NCBI GenBank assembly: GCA_965219995.1
Contig: CBDCOX010000002.1
Location: 416,001-480,000, forward strand
Source: Candidatus Latescibacterota bacterium
GTDB taxonomy: Bacteria; Latescibacterota; UBA2968; GCA-2709665
Reading direction: 5' to 3'
Length of the DNA stretch: 64,000 nucleotides
Positions 40,288 to 51,762 of the stretch are shown in pieces (within the stretch, counting starts at the first letter, position 1; each line of letters opens with the position of its first letter). Position numbers and translations under genes: made by a program. Below the pieces are notes generated by a model. The model did no database searches. It saw nothing but the letters and a program-made list of their open reading frames with translations, and was not told the DNA's origin.

Positions 40288-40575
40288 AGGCAGACCGTTC
40301 GCCGTAACGGTTTGACCTTGGAATCAAGCAGGGATTCGGCGGGGGGAACGCGTTGGGACGACCGGTATCGGACCGCGGGAGGTCGCGTCGCCCGGAATTC
40401 ATCTCGCTGCCCGGTGCTTCGATGCGGTGTGGAGTCAGTATCGTCGAAGGCGAATGTGCATCTGAAATCGCTCCTTTTTGTATTGCCTAAATACCTATTT
40501 GTTTCTATATTATCAAATAGTTAGGTCGATTTTTCGTGAGGGTTTTCTTAGCCATCTGAAGGAGGTGGGCGGTTC

Positions 40576-41328
40576 ATGGCCGGTCATTCAAAATGGGCGA
40601 ATATCAAGCACAAGAAGGGACGCGCGGATGCCGCCCGCGGCAAGCTGTTCACCAGGCTGATCAGGGAAATTACGGTAGCCGCAAGGGAGGGCGGCGGCGA
40701 CGAGGCGAATAACCCGCGGCTGAGGGCGGCCATTCTGAACGCAAAGTCTGAAAATATGCCGGCCGCCAACATCGAACGCGCCGTAAAGAAGGGTACCGGC
40801 GACCTTCCGGGCGAATCATACGAGTCGGCGGTTTACGAAGGATACGGCCCCGGAGGCGTCGCCATCTTCATCGAGGTGTTGACGGACAACAGGAACCGCG
40901 CGGTGTCGCAGGTGCGGCATCTTCTCAACAAGTACAACGCCAGCATGGCCGAAAGCGGTTCGGTTGCCTGGGTTTTCGATCAGAAGGGGCTGGTTGTCGT
41001 GTCGCGAGACAGCGTCGACGAAGACACGTTAATGATGGCCGCCCTCGAAGCCGGCGCTGAAGACATCGTTGAAGAAGACGCCGTATACGAGGTTTACACG
41101 CCGTCGCAGGGCTTCGACGCGGTGCAGAAGGCGCTTGCGGCCCGGCAGATTCCCATTGAACGCGCTGAGTTGACGCGGGTGCCGCAGAATACGGTTCCCG
41201 TTGAGGGAACGACAGCGGCCCAGGTGATTCGGCTCCTGGAGACGCTGGAATCCCACGACGATGTACAGCGGGTCTATGCGAATTTCGAAATGGATGAAGA
41301 GCAGCTCGCCGCATTGACTTCCACGTAG
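40576..41328 (+). CDS. yebC: YebC/PmpR family protein
   Basis: MAGHSKWANIKHKK, YEGYGPGG, TDNRNR, DDVQRVY. Confidence 0.97.
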   Translation: MAGHSKWANIKHKKGRADAARGKLFTRLIREITVAAREGGGDEANNPRLRAAILNAKSENMPAANIERAVKKGTGDLPGESYESAVYEGYGPGGVAIFIEVLTDNRNRAVSQVRHLLNKYNASMAESGSVAWVFDQKGLVVVSRDSVDEDTLMMAALEAGAEDIVEEDAVYEVYTPSQGFDAVQKALAARQIPIERAELTRVPQNTVPVEGTTAAQVIRLLETLESHDDVQRVYANFEMDEEQLAALTST

Positions 41329-41439
41329 GAAAACCGTGCCGGCCGGGCGCGCTCGCAGGATTGAGCACGGAAGCCCGGCGCGGCCTCCGGTCTCCCAAAC
41401 CCAAATCGATTACAGACTGCACCTGGAAGGGCGGACCTT

Positions 41440-42072
41440 TTGCGTGTCATAGGTATCGACCCGGGCAGCGTCATTACCGGTTACGGAGTTGTGGAATCCC
41501 GGCGCCGGGAGAGCCGATTGGTCGCGTGCGGGGGCCTGCGTCCCGACGCGAAGTTCTCCTTTTCCGAGCGGCTGCTGGAGATTCACGATGGCGTGCTGCG
41601 GCTGGTTGAAGAATACGCGCCTGACGAGGTTGCGGTCGAACACGCGTTTTATCAGGCCAACGTGAAAACCTTAATGAAGATGTGCGAAGCCCGCGGGGCG
41701 ATCATGGTGGCACTCGCCCGGTCCGACATTCCCGTCTTCGAATACGCGCCTCGGGAGGTAAAGCAGTCCGTCGTGGGTCGCGGGGGCGCATCCAAGGAAC
41801 AGGTTCGGTTCATGATGCGAAATCTGTTCGGCGAGAAACGCGTGACGGGTTCGTACGACGTTACCGACGCGCTGGCAGTTGCCGTATGCCACGTGAACCG
41901 GCTTCGAGTGCCGGGCAATCACGGCAAGCGTGAAGGGACCGCCCCCGAAAAGGGGACGGCGACCGTCGCGGGTCGCGCGCGCGAAGGCCGGATGGAACGC
42001 TTGAATGAGAAACTCTCGCAGCTGGGCGTCCACAGAATCCGGGCAACCGGGGCGAAACGAAGGGGTCGATAG
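41440..42072 (+). CDS. ruvC: Crossover junction endodeoxyribonuclease RuvC
   Basis: GIDPG, VAVE, GGASKEQV, DVTDALAVAVCH; basic C-terminal extension. Confidence 0.95.
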   Translation: MRVIGIDPGSVITGYGVVESRRRESRLVACGGLRPDAKFSFSERLLEIHDGVLRLVEEYAPDEVAVEHAFYQANVKTLMKMCEARGAIMVALARSDIPVFEYAPREVKQSVVGRGGASKEQVRFMMRNLFGEKRVTGSYDVTDALAVAVCHVNRLRVPGNHGKREGTAPEKGTATVAGRAREGRMERLNEKLSQLGVHRIRATGAKRRGR

Positions 42073-42076
42073 CTGA

Positions 42077-42670
42077 ATGTTCGCCTATCTCGAAGGCAAG
42101 CTGGTGGAGAACAGCCCGACGCATCTGGTTATCGACGTTGCAGGCGTAGGTTATTATGTTCACATTCCGCTATCAAGCTATAACGCCAGCCGGGCGCCGG
42201 GCGAAAACCTCAGAATATTGACCCATCTGCACGTCCGCGAGGATGCACTGACGGTCTACGGATTCACGACGGAGGCCGAGCGGGACCTGTTCGAGCTGTT
42301 GATCTCGGTTTCGGGCATCGGGCCCCCGTTGGCCCAGAAGATTCTCTCCGGCGTCCAGATCCGGGTTTTTCGCAGGCTGGTGGCGTCTGAAGACGCCCGC
42401 GGACTCACACAGATCAAGGGGATCGGCCAGAAACTGGCGCAGCGGCTGGTACTGGAATTGAAGGACCGGATCGGCGATGTTCCCGATGACGAAGTCCGGG
42501 AACGGGTCTCGCCCGAGGTTGCGGGAAGGGCCGAGGAAGCCGCAATGGCGCTTGCGGGTCTGGGAGTCCCCCAGATTCAGGCCCGCAGCGTGGTGAACCG
42601 CGTGATTGGCGACCAGGGTAACGAGGCGCCCGTAGAAGAGATCATTCGAGAAGCGCTCCGGCGACTGTAG
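42077..42670 (+). CDS. ruvA: Holliday junction branch migration protein RuvA
   Basis: [35 protein letters not shown]. Confidence 0.96.
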   Translation: MFAYLEGKLVENSPTHLVIDVAGVGYYVHIPLSSYNASRAPGENLRILTHLHVREDALTVYGFTTEAERDLFELLISVSGIGPPLAQKILSGVQIRVFRRLVASEDARGLTQIKGIGQKLAQRLVLELKDRIGDVPDDEVRERVSPEVAGRAEEAAMALAGLGVPQIQARSVVNRVIGDQGNEAPVEEIIREALRRL

Positions 42671-42732
42671 CAGTCCACGGCGGCGATCGTGAACACGTAC
42701 GGAACCCGGGCGATAGAGGAAGACAGACCGGT

Positions 42733-43755
42733 ATGGATGGACGGATAAGCGATCCCGATCTGCAGGACCATGACCGGATTGAAGGCGAGGACCAACTGCG
42801 CCCGGGGCGATTCGCCGATATGACCGGGCAGGAGAAGGTCAAGGAAAAACTGCGGATTGCCGTGGATGCGGCAATGCACCGGGGCGACGCCATGGACCAC
42901 GCGCTTCTGTACGGTCCACCGGGGCTGGGAAAGACGACGCTGGCATACGTGGTCGCCAACGAACTCGGTGCCGAAATTGTGCCGACTTCCGGACCTGTGC
43001 TCGAACGCGCCGCGGATCTTGCCGGCCTGCTGACCAACCTGGGCGAAAAAGACGTCCTCTTCATTGACGAGATTCATCGGATGAACCGGGTTGTGGAGGA
43101 AACGCTGTATCCCGCGATGGAGGACTTCGTTCTGGACATTATGCTCGACAGCGGACCCGGGGCGCGTTCCTACAGGGTACCGCTCGACCGGTTTACGCTC
43201 ATCGGCGCCACCACGCGCTACGGCCTGCTGACCGGTCCCATGCGCGACCGGTTCGGGATCGTCGAACGGCTGGACTTTTATACTGAGCCGGAATTGCAGT
43301 CCATCGTCGAGCGTGCTTCACGAATACTGAAAATCGACATTCAGCCCGAGGGGGCTTTCGAGATTGCGCGCCGGTCTCGGGGAACCGCACGGATTGCGAC
43401 CCGGTTGTTGCGGAGATCGCGGGATTACGCGCAGGCGCGCGCACAGGGAACGATTACGCTCGACGTTGCTGGTCGCGCATTGGAACTGGCCGACATTGAC
43501 AACGAAGGGCTGGACGAGATGGACCGCCGGCTTCTTGCCCTGCTGGTCGAAAAGTACAGCGGCGGTCCGGTTGGACTGAACAACCTGGCCGCTGCGCTGG
43601 GCGAAGAGTCGGATACCATTGAGGACGTCTACGAGCCGTACCTGATTCAGGAAGGTTATCTGCTGCGTACCCACAGGGGGCGTCAGGCCACAGCGCTGGC
43701 CTATCGTCACCTTGGACTAACCCCGCCGGAGGGAAGTCAGGGACGCCTGTTATGA
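42733..43755 (+). CDS. ruvB: Holliday junction helicase RuvB
   Basis: [32 protein letters not shown]. Confidence 0.97.
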   Translation: MDGRISDPDLQDHDRIEGEDQLRPGRFADMTGQEKVKEKLRIAVDAAMHRGDAMDHALLYGPPGLGKTTLAYVVANELGAEIVPTSGPVLERAADLAGLLTNLGEKDVLFIDEIHRMNRVVEETLYPAMEDFVLDIMLDSGPGARSYRVPLDRFTLIGATTRYGLLTGPMRDRFGIVERLDFYTEPELQSIVERASRILKIDIQPEGAFEIARRSRGTARIATRLLRRSRDYAQARAQGTITLDVAGRALELADIDNEGLDEMDRRLLALLVEKYSGGPVGLNNLAAALGEESDTIEDVYEPYLIQEGYLLRTHRGRQATALAYRHLGLTPPEGSQGRLL

Positions 43756-43799
43756 CATGACGGTGCGTCCGCTGTACTGACCCGGCGCCGGGCGGCGCG

Positions 43800-44483
43800 A
43801 TGTACGTATTGGGCATTGAAACCTCGACACCGGTGTGCAGTGTCGGGCTGGTGGACGACGATCGCGTGCTCGCGTCGTTTTCGCAGAACACCGGGCTGCG
43901 GCACGCGGAACGGACGATGGCGATGGCAGATCGGGCTATGGCGGACGCGGGAGTCGAATTCGCGGACCTGGATGGCGTGGCCGTGGGTTCGGGACCGGGT
44001 TCGTTTACGGGCCTGCGTATCGGCATGGCCGGGGCGAAGGGCCTGTGCCTCGCGTTGGACCTGCCGCTTTTGGCCGTGCCGACACTGAAGGGGCTGGCGG
44101 CGCAGGTTGTCATGGAAGGGATGCCTGTCTGTGCAATGCTCGATGCCCGTCGCGGAAACATCTATGCGGGCGTTTACAGTCTCGACGGCGGCTGTCTGGT
44201 GGCGCGGTATCCGGACGCGGCGACGCCTCTCGAAGAGCTGATTCCAAAGCTGCCGGAACCGGTGCTGATTGTCGGCGAGGGCGGCGTGACATACAGGGAC
44301 CGGATCCAGGCATACATGGGCAAGGACGCCCGGTTCGCCCCGGCGTCCACCCATCCCAGCGGCGCATCGGTCGCGCTTTTGGGGGTTGAAAGCCTGAGGG
44401 CCGGAAACGCGGTCGACGCGACGACGGCGGAACCCGAATACCATCGCCTGAGTCAGGCGGAGAGTGCCGGCACTGCGCAATAG
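43800..44483 (+). CDS. tsaB: tRNA threonylcarbamoyladenosine biosynthesis protein TsaB
   Basis: LGIETST, GPGSFTGLRIG, DARR. Confidence 0.95.
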   Translation: MYVLGIETSTPVCSVGLVDDDRVLASFSQNTGLRHAERTMAMADRAMADAGVEFADLDGVAVGSGPGSFTGLRIGMAGAKGLCLALDLPLLAVPTLKGLAAQVVMEGMPVCAMLDARRGNIYAGVYSLDGGCLVARYPDAATPLEELIPKLPEPVLIVGEGGVTYRDRIQAYMGKDARFAPASTHPSGASVALLGVESLRAGNAVDATTAEPEYHRLSQAESAGTAQ

Positions 44484-44520
44484 CGGGGCCGTGCCCGCCG
44501 CTACCGGGAGACCGAATTCG

Positions 44521-45027
44521 ATGCGAGACAAGGCGACCTCCGATTGTACGCTCTGTGAAATGGACGCAGGGCATCTCGACGCTGTATTGGAAATCGAACG
44601 CGAGGGTTTCGCGGACCCGTGGCACAGAAGGGACTTTGAAGACGCGCTGAACCGGGACAACAGGTATTGCCCCGTTTACTTGTGCGGCGAACGGGTCGTC
44701 GTATATGCGGTTGGATTTCTTGTAGCCAATGAATATCATCTGGCCAATCTTGCGGTACATCCCGGTCTTCGGCGCCGCGGACTCGCGCGGCGGTTTCTGG
44801 TGGCCCTGATGGAACGGTTGCCGGTTCGAAATGTGCAGATCGTAACGCTCGAGGTGCGCGTCTCCAATCGGCCCGCCATCGCGCTCTACGGCAAGCTCGG
44901 ATTTCGGACGGTTGCGATTCGTCGCGGATATTACCGATCGACGGGGGAAGATGCGCTTGTGATGTTGAAAATGCTGCATGGACGTTTTTCGGACCACGTG
45001 TACGCCGCTGGATCGGCTTTACATTAA
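44521..45027 (+). CDS. rimI: Ribosomal protein S18-alanine N-acetyltransferase
   Basis: NLAVHP..RRRGLA, LEVRVSN, RRGYY...EDALVM; follows tsaB. Confidence 0.9.
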   Translation: MRDKATSDCTLCEMDAGHLDAVLEIEREGFADPWHRRDFEDALNRDNRYCPVYLCGERVVVYAVGFLVANEYHLANLAVHPGLRRRGLARRFLVALMERLPVRNVQIVTLEVRVSNRPAIALYGKLGFRTVAIRRGYYRSTGEDALVMLKMLHGRFSDHVYAAGSALH

Positions 45028-45048
45028 TCAGTATACAGGCGATCGCGC

Positions 45049-46146
45049 ATGTTCAGCCACGCAGTCACGGGACAGAAACGCCTGACAGAGCGCCTCGAGC
45101 GGATGGCTCGCGGTCCGAATCTGCCGCACGCGCTCCTGTTTACCGGACCCGAGGGTGCGGGCAAGACCGCCGCCGCCCTTGAATTGGCGCGAAGCCTTTA
45201 CTGCAACCAGGGGAGTGCGGGCTGCTGCGAGAATTGCCGGGGATGCAGGAAGACTGCGAGCTTGAACCACCCGGACCTGACTCTGCTGTTTCCGTTTTCA
45301 TCGCGAACGCCGCCCGAAATGGAGCGAGAGACGTTGCGGCAGGTCGCAAGCGATCCGTACGGCTATCCGCTGCCGGCCGACCACGCCACGCTTGCCATCG
45401 AGCGGATACGAACCCTGCAGAAGCAGTTTGCATACGGTGCGTTCGAGGGAGGGTGGCGGGTGGCGGTCATCCTGCACGCGGACCGGATGCGTGCGGAGGC
45501 CGCCAATGCGCTGCTGAAAACGCTGGAAGAACCGCCCTCACGGTCTCTGCTGATTCTGACCTCATCCACGCAGGAGACTCTGCTGCCGACCATCGTCTCC
45601 CGTTGCCAGTGGGTGGCGTTTCCGGCCGTGGCGGTTGACGATACGGCCCGGATGTTGATGGACGGGTCCGGGGTCGATGCCGATACGGCGATGTCCGTGG
45701 CACGTTCCTGCGGCGGAAACCTGAGGCGTGCACGGGACATGATCGAGAATGAAGTCGATGACCTGCAAGACAGGGCGTACCGGTTCGTGGCGGCGCTCCT
45801 GTGGGACGATGAGGCCAGAACCCATGCGGCGCTTGAAAAACTGGCTTCAGACCGGGATGAAGCCCTGCATCTGCTCGGTGGCGCGGAGGTGTGGCTGCGG
45901 GACGTTCTGGTTCTCCTCTATGGCGATTCCGGCAGCGTGACGCACAGTCGAAGGGTTGAAGATATACGACGGCTGTCCCGAGCGTTCGGCCTTGAGGACG
46001 TGCAGCGCACGGCAGCGAAGATCGAGTCGTTGCGCGAGATGAATCGCCGCAACGTCAATTTCTACGTTGGCCTCGTTTCGCTCTGGCGTGAGATCAGGAG
46101 CGTAGGGAATCAGGCTGCGCACGGTCAGAACGCTATATCAGTATGA
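45049..46146 (+). CDS. holB: DNA polymerase III subunit delta prime
   Basis: HALLFTGPEGAGK, Zn cysteines, HPD, ANALLKTLEEP, TIVSRCQ. Confidence 0.93.
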   Translation: MFSHAVTGQKRLTERLERMARGPNLPHALLFTGPEGAGKTAAALELARSLYCNQGSAGCCENCRGCRKTASLNHPDLTLLFPFSSRTPPEMERETLRQVASDPYGYPLPADHATLAIERIRTLQKQFAYGAFEGGWRVAVILHADRMRAEAANALLKTLEEPPSRSLLILTSSTQETLLPTIVSRCQWVAFPAVAVDDTARMLMDGSGVDADTAMSVARSCGGNLRRARDMIENEVDDLQDRAYRFVAALLWDDEARTHAALEKLASDRDEALHLLGGAEVWLRDVLVLLYGDSGSVTHSRRVEDIRRLSRAFGLEDVQRTAAKIESLREMNRRNVNFYVGLVSLWREIRSVGNQAAHGQNAISV

Positions 46147-46310
46147 ACGATGAGGTGCCGGGCGCAATGCGGACGAAGGTCGGATCCTCCAACAGCGATC
46201 TCTCGCGCTTTGACGCTTCCGCCGTCTCGCGTCTGCCGTCTCACGGCGGGTTGGCTTCGACCGGCGGCGCAGTCGCGGACAGCCGGTCAGATACGGGGAA
46301 GGTTGGTTGA

Positions 46311-48215
46311 ATGGGGCGGTTCTACATAACAACCCCGATATACTATGTAAACGACGAGCCGCATCTGGGACACGCGTATACGACCATTATTGCGGACGTG
46401 TTTGCCAGATATCATCGGTTTGCGGGCGACGACGTGCTGTTTCTGACCGGCACGGACGAGCACGGTCAGAAAGTGGCGCAGGCGGCGAAAGCCCGCGGCG
46501 TGGACCCGCAGGATCATTGCGACGAGATGGTCGAACGCTTCCGCAGGCTCTGGTCGTCTTTGAATGTCTCATACGATGACTTCATTCGTACAACCGAATC
46601 CAGGCACCGGCGCGTGGTTCAGCGTATTCTCCAGCGCCTCTACGATGCCGGGGAAATCTACGCCGACGACTACGAGGGCTGGTATTGCGTGCCGGACGAA
46701 AGGTTCTGGACGGAGAAGGATCTGGTCGACGGGAAATGCCCGGAGTGCGGGCGGGAGGTGACGAGGATATCGGAGAAGAATTATTTCTTTCGAATGGGGA
46801 AATACCAGGCGTGGCTGACAGACCGCATCCGGAACGACCCGCGGCTTGTGCTTCCCGCCACACGCAGAAACGAGATGCTCGGCTTTTTGCGCCGGCCGCT
46901 GAACGACCTGTGCATATCCCGCCCGAAGGCCCGGTTGTCCTGGGGCATTCCGTTGCCATTCGACGAATCATACGTGTGTTACGTGTGGTTCGACGCGCTG
47001 ATCAACTACATTACGGCTGCGGGTTATCTTCAGAATACCGAAGCCTTCGCACGGTGGTGGCCGGCTTCCTGCCACCTGATCGGCAAAGATATTCTGACGA
47101 CGCATTGCATTTACTGGCCGACGATGTTGAAGGCGATGGGCGTTGAGACTCCTGAAACGGTGATGGCCCACGGTTGGTGGCTTGTCGACGAGGAGAAGAT
47201 GAGCAAGTCACTGGGCAACGTGATACGTCCCCTGGACCTGGCGGAGAAATACGGCGTGGACGCCTTTCGTTATTTCCTGGTTCGCGAGATGGTGCTCGGC
47301 ACGGACAGCACCTTCAGCGAAACGGGATTCATCCACCGGTACAATTCCGAGTTGGCGAACGATCTGGGAAACCTGCTTAATCGCACGGTGGTCATGGCCT
47401 GCCGGTACCTGGACGGACGGGTCCCCGAATCGGATGTGAACCACCCTGTACTTACCGCGTTGAAGGCGCAGGCGCTCCGCACGCTGGACGGCGTGATGGA
47501 TGCGCTGGGTAACATGAACCCAACGGGAATCCTGGACGCGATCTGGGACCTGGTTCGGCAGGCCAACCGGTTCGCGGAAGCACAGGCGCCCTGGAACCTG
47601 GCCAGGGATCCGGAGAACCGGGATGTGCTGAAGGCGACGATCTACGGCCTTCTCGAAACCATGCGCTATCTGGCAGTGCTGCTCTTTCCGGTGCTGCCCG
47701 GTAAGGCGGAGGAAATTTGGGAGCAGATCGGTGCGGATGGAGATGTGAAAGCACAGACGATACAGAGCCTTCGTCCCTGGGGCGGACTGCGCGCCGGTGC
47801 GCAGGTGCGTGCATGCGGTCCGATTTTTCCCAGGATCGAATCGATAAAACAGGACCTCTCGGAGACAATTGAAATGGCTGAAGGGAAAGAGGATCTGGTA
47901 CCGTTCAAGGAGTTTCAGAAGTTCGAGTTTCGCGTGGCCACGGTGGAGTCCGCCGAACGGGTCCCCGGCGCCGACCGGCTGCTGACGCTGAAGGTCAGTC
48001 TGGGTGAAGAGCGTCGCCAGATCGTCGCCGGAGTCGCGAAACACTACCGTCCCGAATCGCTGGTTGGCCGCCAGATCGTCGTGGTGGCGAATCTGGAGCC
48101 GGCAACCATCCGCGGGGTGGCGTCGGAAGGGATGCTGCTGGCGGCATCGGCAGACGGGCGTGTCGCTCTGCTGCAGCCGGACGCCGATGTTCCCGATGGA
48201 GCGGAGGTCGGTTGA
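46311..48215 (+). CDS. metG: Methionine--tRNA ligase
   Basis: TTPIYYVN, HLGH, GTDEHG, KMSKS, C-terminal tRNA-binding domain. Confidence 0.98.
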   Translation: MGRFYITTPIYYVNDEPHLGHAYTTIIADVFARYHRFAGDDVLFLTGTDEHGQKVAQAAKARGVDPQDHCDEMVERFRRLWSSLNVSYDDFIRTTESRHRRVVQRILQRLYDAGEIYADDYEGWYCVPDERFWTEKDLVDGKCPECGREVTRISEKNYFFRMGKYQAWLTDRIRNDPRLVLPATRRNEMLGFLRRPLNDLCISRPKARLSWGIPLPFDESYVCYVWFDALINYITAAGYLQNTEAFARWWPASCHLIGKDILTTHCIYWPTMLKAMGVETPETVMAHGWWLVDEEKMSKSLGNVIRPLDLAEKYGVDAFRYFLVREMVLGTDSTFSETGFIHRYNSELANDLGNLLNRTVVMACRYLDGRVPESDVNHPVLTALKAQALRTLDGVMDALGNMNPTGILDAIWDLVRQANRFAEAQAPWNLARDPENRDVLKATIYGLLETMRYLAVLLFPVLPGKAEEIWEQIGADGDVKAQTIQSLRPWGGLRAGAQVRACGPIFPRIESIKQDLSETIEMAEGKEDLVPFKEFQKFEFRVATVESAERVPGADRLLTLKVSLGEERRQIVAGVAKHYRPESLVGRQIVVVANLEPATIRGVASEGMLLAASADGRVALLQPDADVPDGAEVG

Positions 48216-48220
48216 GGACA

Positions 48221-48985
48221 ATGCTTGTCGATACCCATGCCCATCTGAGTTTTCCACAGTTTCTAGGGGAGGAAGCGGCGACGATCGGGCGGGCCCGGGC
48301 GGCAGGGGTCGCACGCATCGTGAACGTCGGCACAAACCTGGACGTGAGCCGGCGTGCAGTGGATCTGGCTTGCCGGCACGAAGGAGTCTACGCAACGGCG
48401 GGGTTCCATCCTCACGACGTCGAACTGGCCGACCCGGACGGCTTGACGGCGCTGGGACGGCTTGCAGAGAACGAAAACGTCGTGGCGGTGGGTGAGACGG
48501 GTCTGGATTTCTATCGCGACTATGCGCCCCGGCCTCTCCAGGAGCGGATTTTTCGCTTCCACATCAACCTGGCGCTTCAGTCGGGGCTGCCGCTCGTTAT
48601 CCACAGTCGCGGCGCGGAGGACCGGGTGATGGACATCCTCGAGGCCGAGGGCGGTCAGGCGGCAGGCGGGGCGTTGCACTGCTTCGGCGGATGTGAGGGC
48701 CAGGCCGGGCGGGCCGTGGATCTTGGCTTCCATCTGGGATTCGGCGGAACGTTGACTTACGGACGTTCCACGTCGTTGCCCGTGGCGATGGGCATTCCGC
48801 CCGATCGGGTGCTTCTGGAGACCGATTGCCCGTATCTTGCGCCGGTGCCGTATCGGGGACGGCGGAATGAGCCGGCCTACGTCAGGCAGATCGCAGAATT
48901 CATGGCCGGTTGCGCGGACGAGCCGTTGGAAGACATCGCCGCCCGAACCACTGCAAGTGCCCTTCGGCTATTCGGGTTGACGTGA
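48221..48985 (+). CDS. tatD: TatD family hydrolase
   Basis: DTHAH, GFHPH, GETGLD, IHSR, HCF, ETDCPYL. Confidence 0.95.
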   Translation: MLVDTHAHLSFPQFLGEEAATIGRARAAGVARIVNVGTNLDVSRRAVDLACRHEGVYATAGFHPHDVELADPDGLTALGRLAENENVVAVGETGLDFYRDYAPRPLQERIFRFHINLALQSGLPLVIHSRGAEDRVMDILEAEGGQAAGGALHCFGGCEGQAGRAVDLGFHLGFGGTLTYGRSTSLPVAMGIPPDRVLLETDCPYLAPVPYRGRRNEPAYVRQIAEFMAGCADEPLEDIAARTTASALRLFGLT

Positions 48986-49815
48986 TGGACAAACCCAAAA
49001 AGGGCCTTGCACAGCATTTCCTGACCGACGAGGGGGCTGTCCACAGGATCGTGAAGGCGGCTTGCGCGGGCGCCGACGATCTGGTCGTCGAAATCGGTCC
49101 GGGCCGCGGCGCGCTGACAGGCAGGCTGCTGGCGGAATCGGCCAGGGTGATCGGCATCGAGCGGGACGAGGCGCTGTGCGGTTTCCTGCGGTCCCGATTC
49201 GGTAGCGAATTGCATCTGCGCAACCAGGACGTTCTGACGATTGACTTTCACGAACTGATTCGCGCGGAAGGATTTGAGCGGGCGGTTCTGGTGGGCAACC
49301 TGCCATACAACATCACGGGCGCGGTACTCCATCGGATCCTGGAATCCCGCTGCCGATTCAAAAGAGCCGTCCTGACGGTTCAACGGGAGGTCGCCCGTCG
49401 AATTGTCGCCGCGCCGGGCAACAGGGACTACGGGATCCTCTCGATCGCCGTTCAGTTGGTTTCCCGGCCCAGGAAACTGTTCGACCTGAGTCCCGGCGTG
49501 TTTTTTCCGGCGCCCCGCGTCTTTTCATCCGTGATGCGTCTGAACTTCCAGGGGGAAGCTCCCTACCGGATTCAGGATGAGGAGTTCTTCTTTCGCGTGG
49601 TCCGAACGGCGTTCGCCCAGCGGCGAAAGATGTTGAAAAATACGCTGCGCGGAGTGGTGGACGGCAGGACTGCGGTCCTGGAACGAGCGGGCGCGGCAGC
49701 GGCGATCGACCTCAGGTTGAGACCGGAAGCGATTTCCATACCCCAGTTTGAGCGTATCTGTCGCGCGCTCAGGGCATCTTGCGATACCAGCAGGCCGGAC
49801 TGCGGCAGCCGATAG
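48985..49815 (+). CDS. rsmA: 16S rRNA m6,6A dimethyltransferase
   Basis: KKGLAQHFL, EIGPGRG, NLPYNI, QREVA, FAQRRK. ATG overlaps the tatD stop. Confidence 0.95.
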   Translation: MDKPKKGLAQHFLTDEGAVHRIVKAACAGADDLVVEIGPGRGALTGRLLAESARVIGIERDEALCGFLRSRFGSELHLRNQDVLTIDFHELIRAEGFERAVLVGNLPYNITGAVLHRILESRCRFKRAVLTVQREVARRIVAAPGNRDYGILSIAVQLVSRPRKLFDLSPGVFFPAPRVFSSVMRLNFQGEAPYRIQDEEFFFRVVRTAFAQRRKMLKNTLRGVVDGRTAVLERAGAAAAIDLRLRPEAISIPQFERICRALRASCDTSRPDCGSR

Positions 49816-49914
49816 CGGTTGTGTGGCATTCGCCTTCGCGGATTGCCGATGCCGGCATGATTTCCGCAGGGGCTTCCGCGGAAAAATCGTCCATCCATCC
49901 AAAAGGGATTCGAA

Positions 49915-50844
49915 ATGCCTCCGATGCCGAAGGCGGACAAGATCTGGTTCAACGGAAAGTTCGTGGATTGGGACGACGCAAGAATTCATGTGTTGTCGCA
50001 CGTCGTACACTACGGGTCCAGCGTATTCGAGGGAGTTCGCTGTTACAAAACGCACAGAGGGCCGGCCTGTTTCCGGTTGGCGGATCACGTGAACCGGCTG
50101 TACGATTCGGCCAAGATTTACAGGATGCCGATCCCGTACGAACCTGAGGAACTGTCTCGGGCCATTCTGGAATCCATCCGCACGAACGGCCTTCAGGCCT
50201 GTTACGTGCGTCCCGTGATCTTTCGAGGATACGGAAGTCTGGGCGTGGATCCCTCGTCCTGTCCCGTCGAAGTCGTGATTGCCGTGTGGGAATGGGGCGC
50301 CTATCTGGGGGAGGAAGCGCTGGAAAAGGGCGCCGCGGTTCGGTTCTCCTCGTGGAACCGGCTGGCGCCGAATACGATGCCGTCGCTCGCCAAGGTCGGC
50401 GCCAATTATATGAACTCGCAGTTGATCAAGCTGGAGGCGCTCGCCGACGGTTACGTGGAAGGAATCGCGCTGGACGCGCAGGGTCACGTGAGCGAAGCCA
50501 GCGGAGAAAACATCTTTATGGTGAAGAACGGAGCGATTTATACGCCTTCCACCGGATCGTCGATTCTGCCCGGCATTACCCGTCATTCGGTGATCACGCT
50601 GGCGCGTGACCTGGGCTATGCGGTAACGCAGCGTGCCATTCCGCGAGAGTCACTATATATCGCCGACGAAGTCTTTTTTACCGGTAGCGCGGCCGAAGTG
50701 ACGCCAATCGCGAAGATCGATCACATTCCTATCGGAGCAGGGACCCGCGGGCCCATCACGAAAGCCCTTCAGGACGCTTTCTTCGGCGTCGTGTCCGGGG
50801 AGTCGGAAGACCGGCACGGCTGGTTGACCTTTGTCAATCGTTGA
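49915..50844 (+). CDS. ilvE: Branched-chain amino acid aminotransferase
   Basis: [34 protein letters not shown]. Confidence 0.96.
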   Translation: MPPMPKADKIWFNGKFVDWDDARIHVLSHVVHYGSSVFEGVRCYKTHRGPACFRLADHVNRLYDSAKIYRMPIPYEPEELSRAILESIRTNGLQACYVRPVIFRGYGSLGVDPSSCPVEVVIAVWEWGAYLGEEALEKGAAVRFSSWNRLAPNTMPSLAKVGANYMNSQLIKLEALADGYVEGIALDAQGHVSEASGENIFMVKNGAIYTPSTGSSILPGITRHSVITLARDLGYAVTQRAIPRESLYIADEVFFTGSAAEVTPIAKIDHIPIGAGTRGPITKALQDAFFGVVSGESEDRHGWLTFVNR

Positions 50845-50902
50845 TCCCCGTACCTCCGGAAAACCAGGGTGCCGCAAAGGCGCCGAAAAGCGAAATACAC
50901 AT

Positions 50903-51721
50903 ATGGGCGAGATAAGCAGCAAAAGGATCGCCGTCATTGGCGCCGGAAATATGGGCGGCGCGTTGATTACCGGACTGGTGCAATCCGGCGCTGTACCTCC
51001 GGAACGGGTGACGGCCGTGGATATCGATGCGACGTTGCTGGCGGCGCATCGGACGGCATTGGGGGTGAATACCAGCCGCGATGCCGCGTCCGGGCCCGCC
51101 GAGCACGACGTGGTCGTGCTCGGCCTGAAACCCCAGATCTGGGCTTCGGTTGTCGCACCCGCGTCACCGTCCCTTACCGAACGGCAGACCGTGCTTTCGA
51201 TTATGGGCGGCGTGCGGACCGGGGCGATCGAGGAAGTCCTGGGCGGGAGGATCCCTGTCGTACGGGCGATGCCGAATATCCTGGCGCAGATTCGCGCGTC
51301 TGTTTCTGCCATTTGCGCGGGCCGGTTCGCGCAGGAAACGCATATCGCGACCGCTGAAGCCATTCTGGAGACGGTCGGTGAGTCCGTACGCTTGAGCGAA
51401 GCACAGATGGATGCCGTAACGGGACTTTCCGGCAGCGGCCCCGCCTTCGTGTATATGATGATCGACGCGCTTGCCGACGGGGGCGTCAGGATGGGGATTC
51501 CGAAGCCCGTCGCGCTCAAGCTGGCCGCGCAGACGGTTTTCGGCGGTGCGAAGATGGTGATCGAGAGCGGGCAGCACCCGGCGGTGCTGAAAGACCAGGT
51601 CACGTCCGCCGGGGGCACGACCATTGCCGGATTGCAGGCCCTGGAGCTGGGCGGATTTCGCGCCGCGTTGATGAAGGCGGTGGAGGCCGCGACCCGGCGT
51701 TCCGAAGAGCTGGGAGCGTAG
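50903..51721 (+). CDS. proC: Pyrroline-5-carboxylate reductase
   Basis: GAGNMG, KPQ, RAMPN, SGSGPA, VTSAGGTT. Confidence 0.96.
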   Translation: MGEISSKRIAVIGAGNMGGALITGLVQSGAVPPERVTAVDIDATLLAAHRTALGVNTSRDAASGPAEHDVVVLGLKPQIWASVVAPASPSLTERQTVLSIMGGVRTGAIEEVLGGRIPVVRAMPNILAQIRASVSAICAGRFAQETHIATAEAILETVGESVRLSEAQMDAVTGLSGSGPAFVYMMIDALADGGVRMGIPKPVALKLAAQTVFGGAKMVIESGQHPAVLKDQVTSAGGTTIAGLQALELGGFRAALMKAVEAATRRSEELGA

Positions 51722-51762
51722 CCGGTCGGTTTCCCGTTGCAGGGACCGGGACGGAGCATCTG

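Noticed and set aside
40507-40525. IHF-like site TATCAAATAGTTA upstream of yebC
   Set aside because: A single short match in an AT-rich promoter region; not supportable without data.
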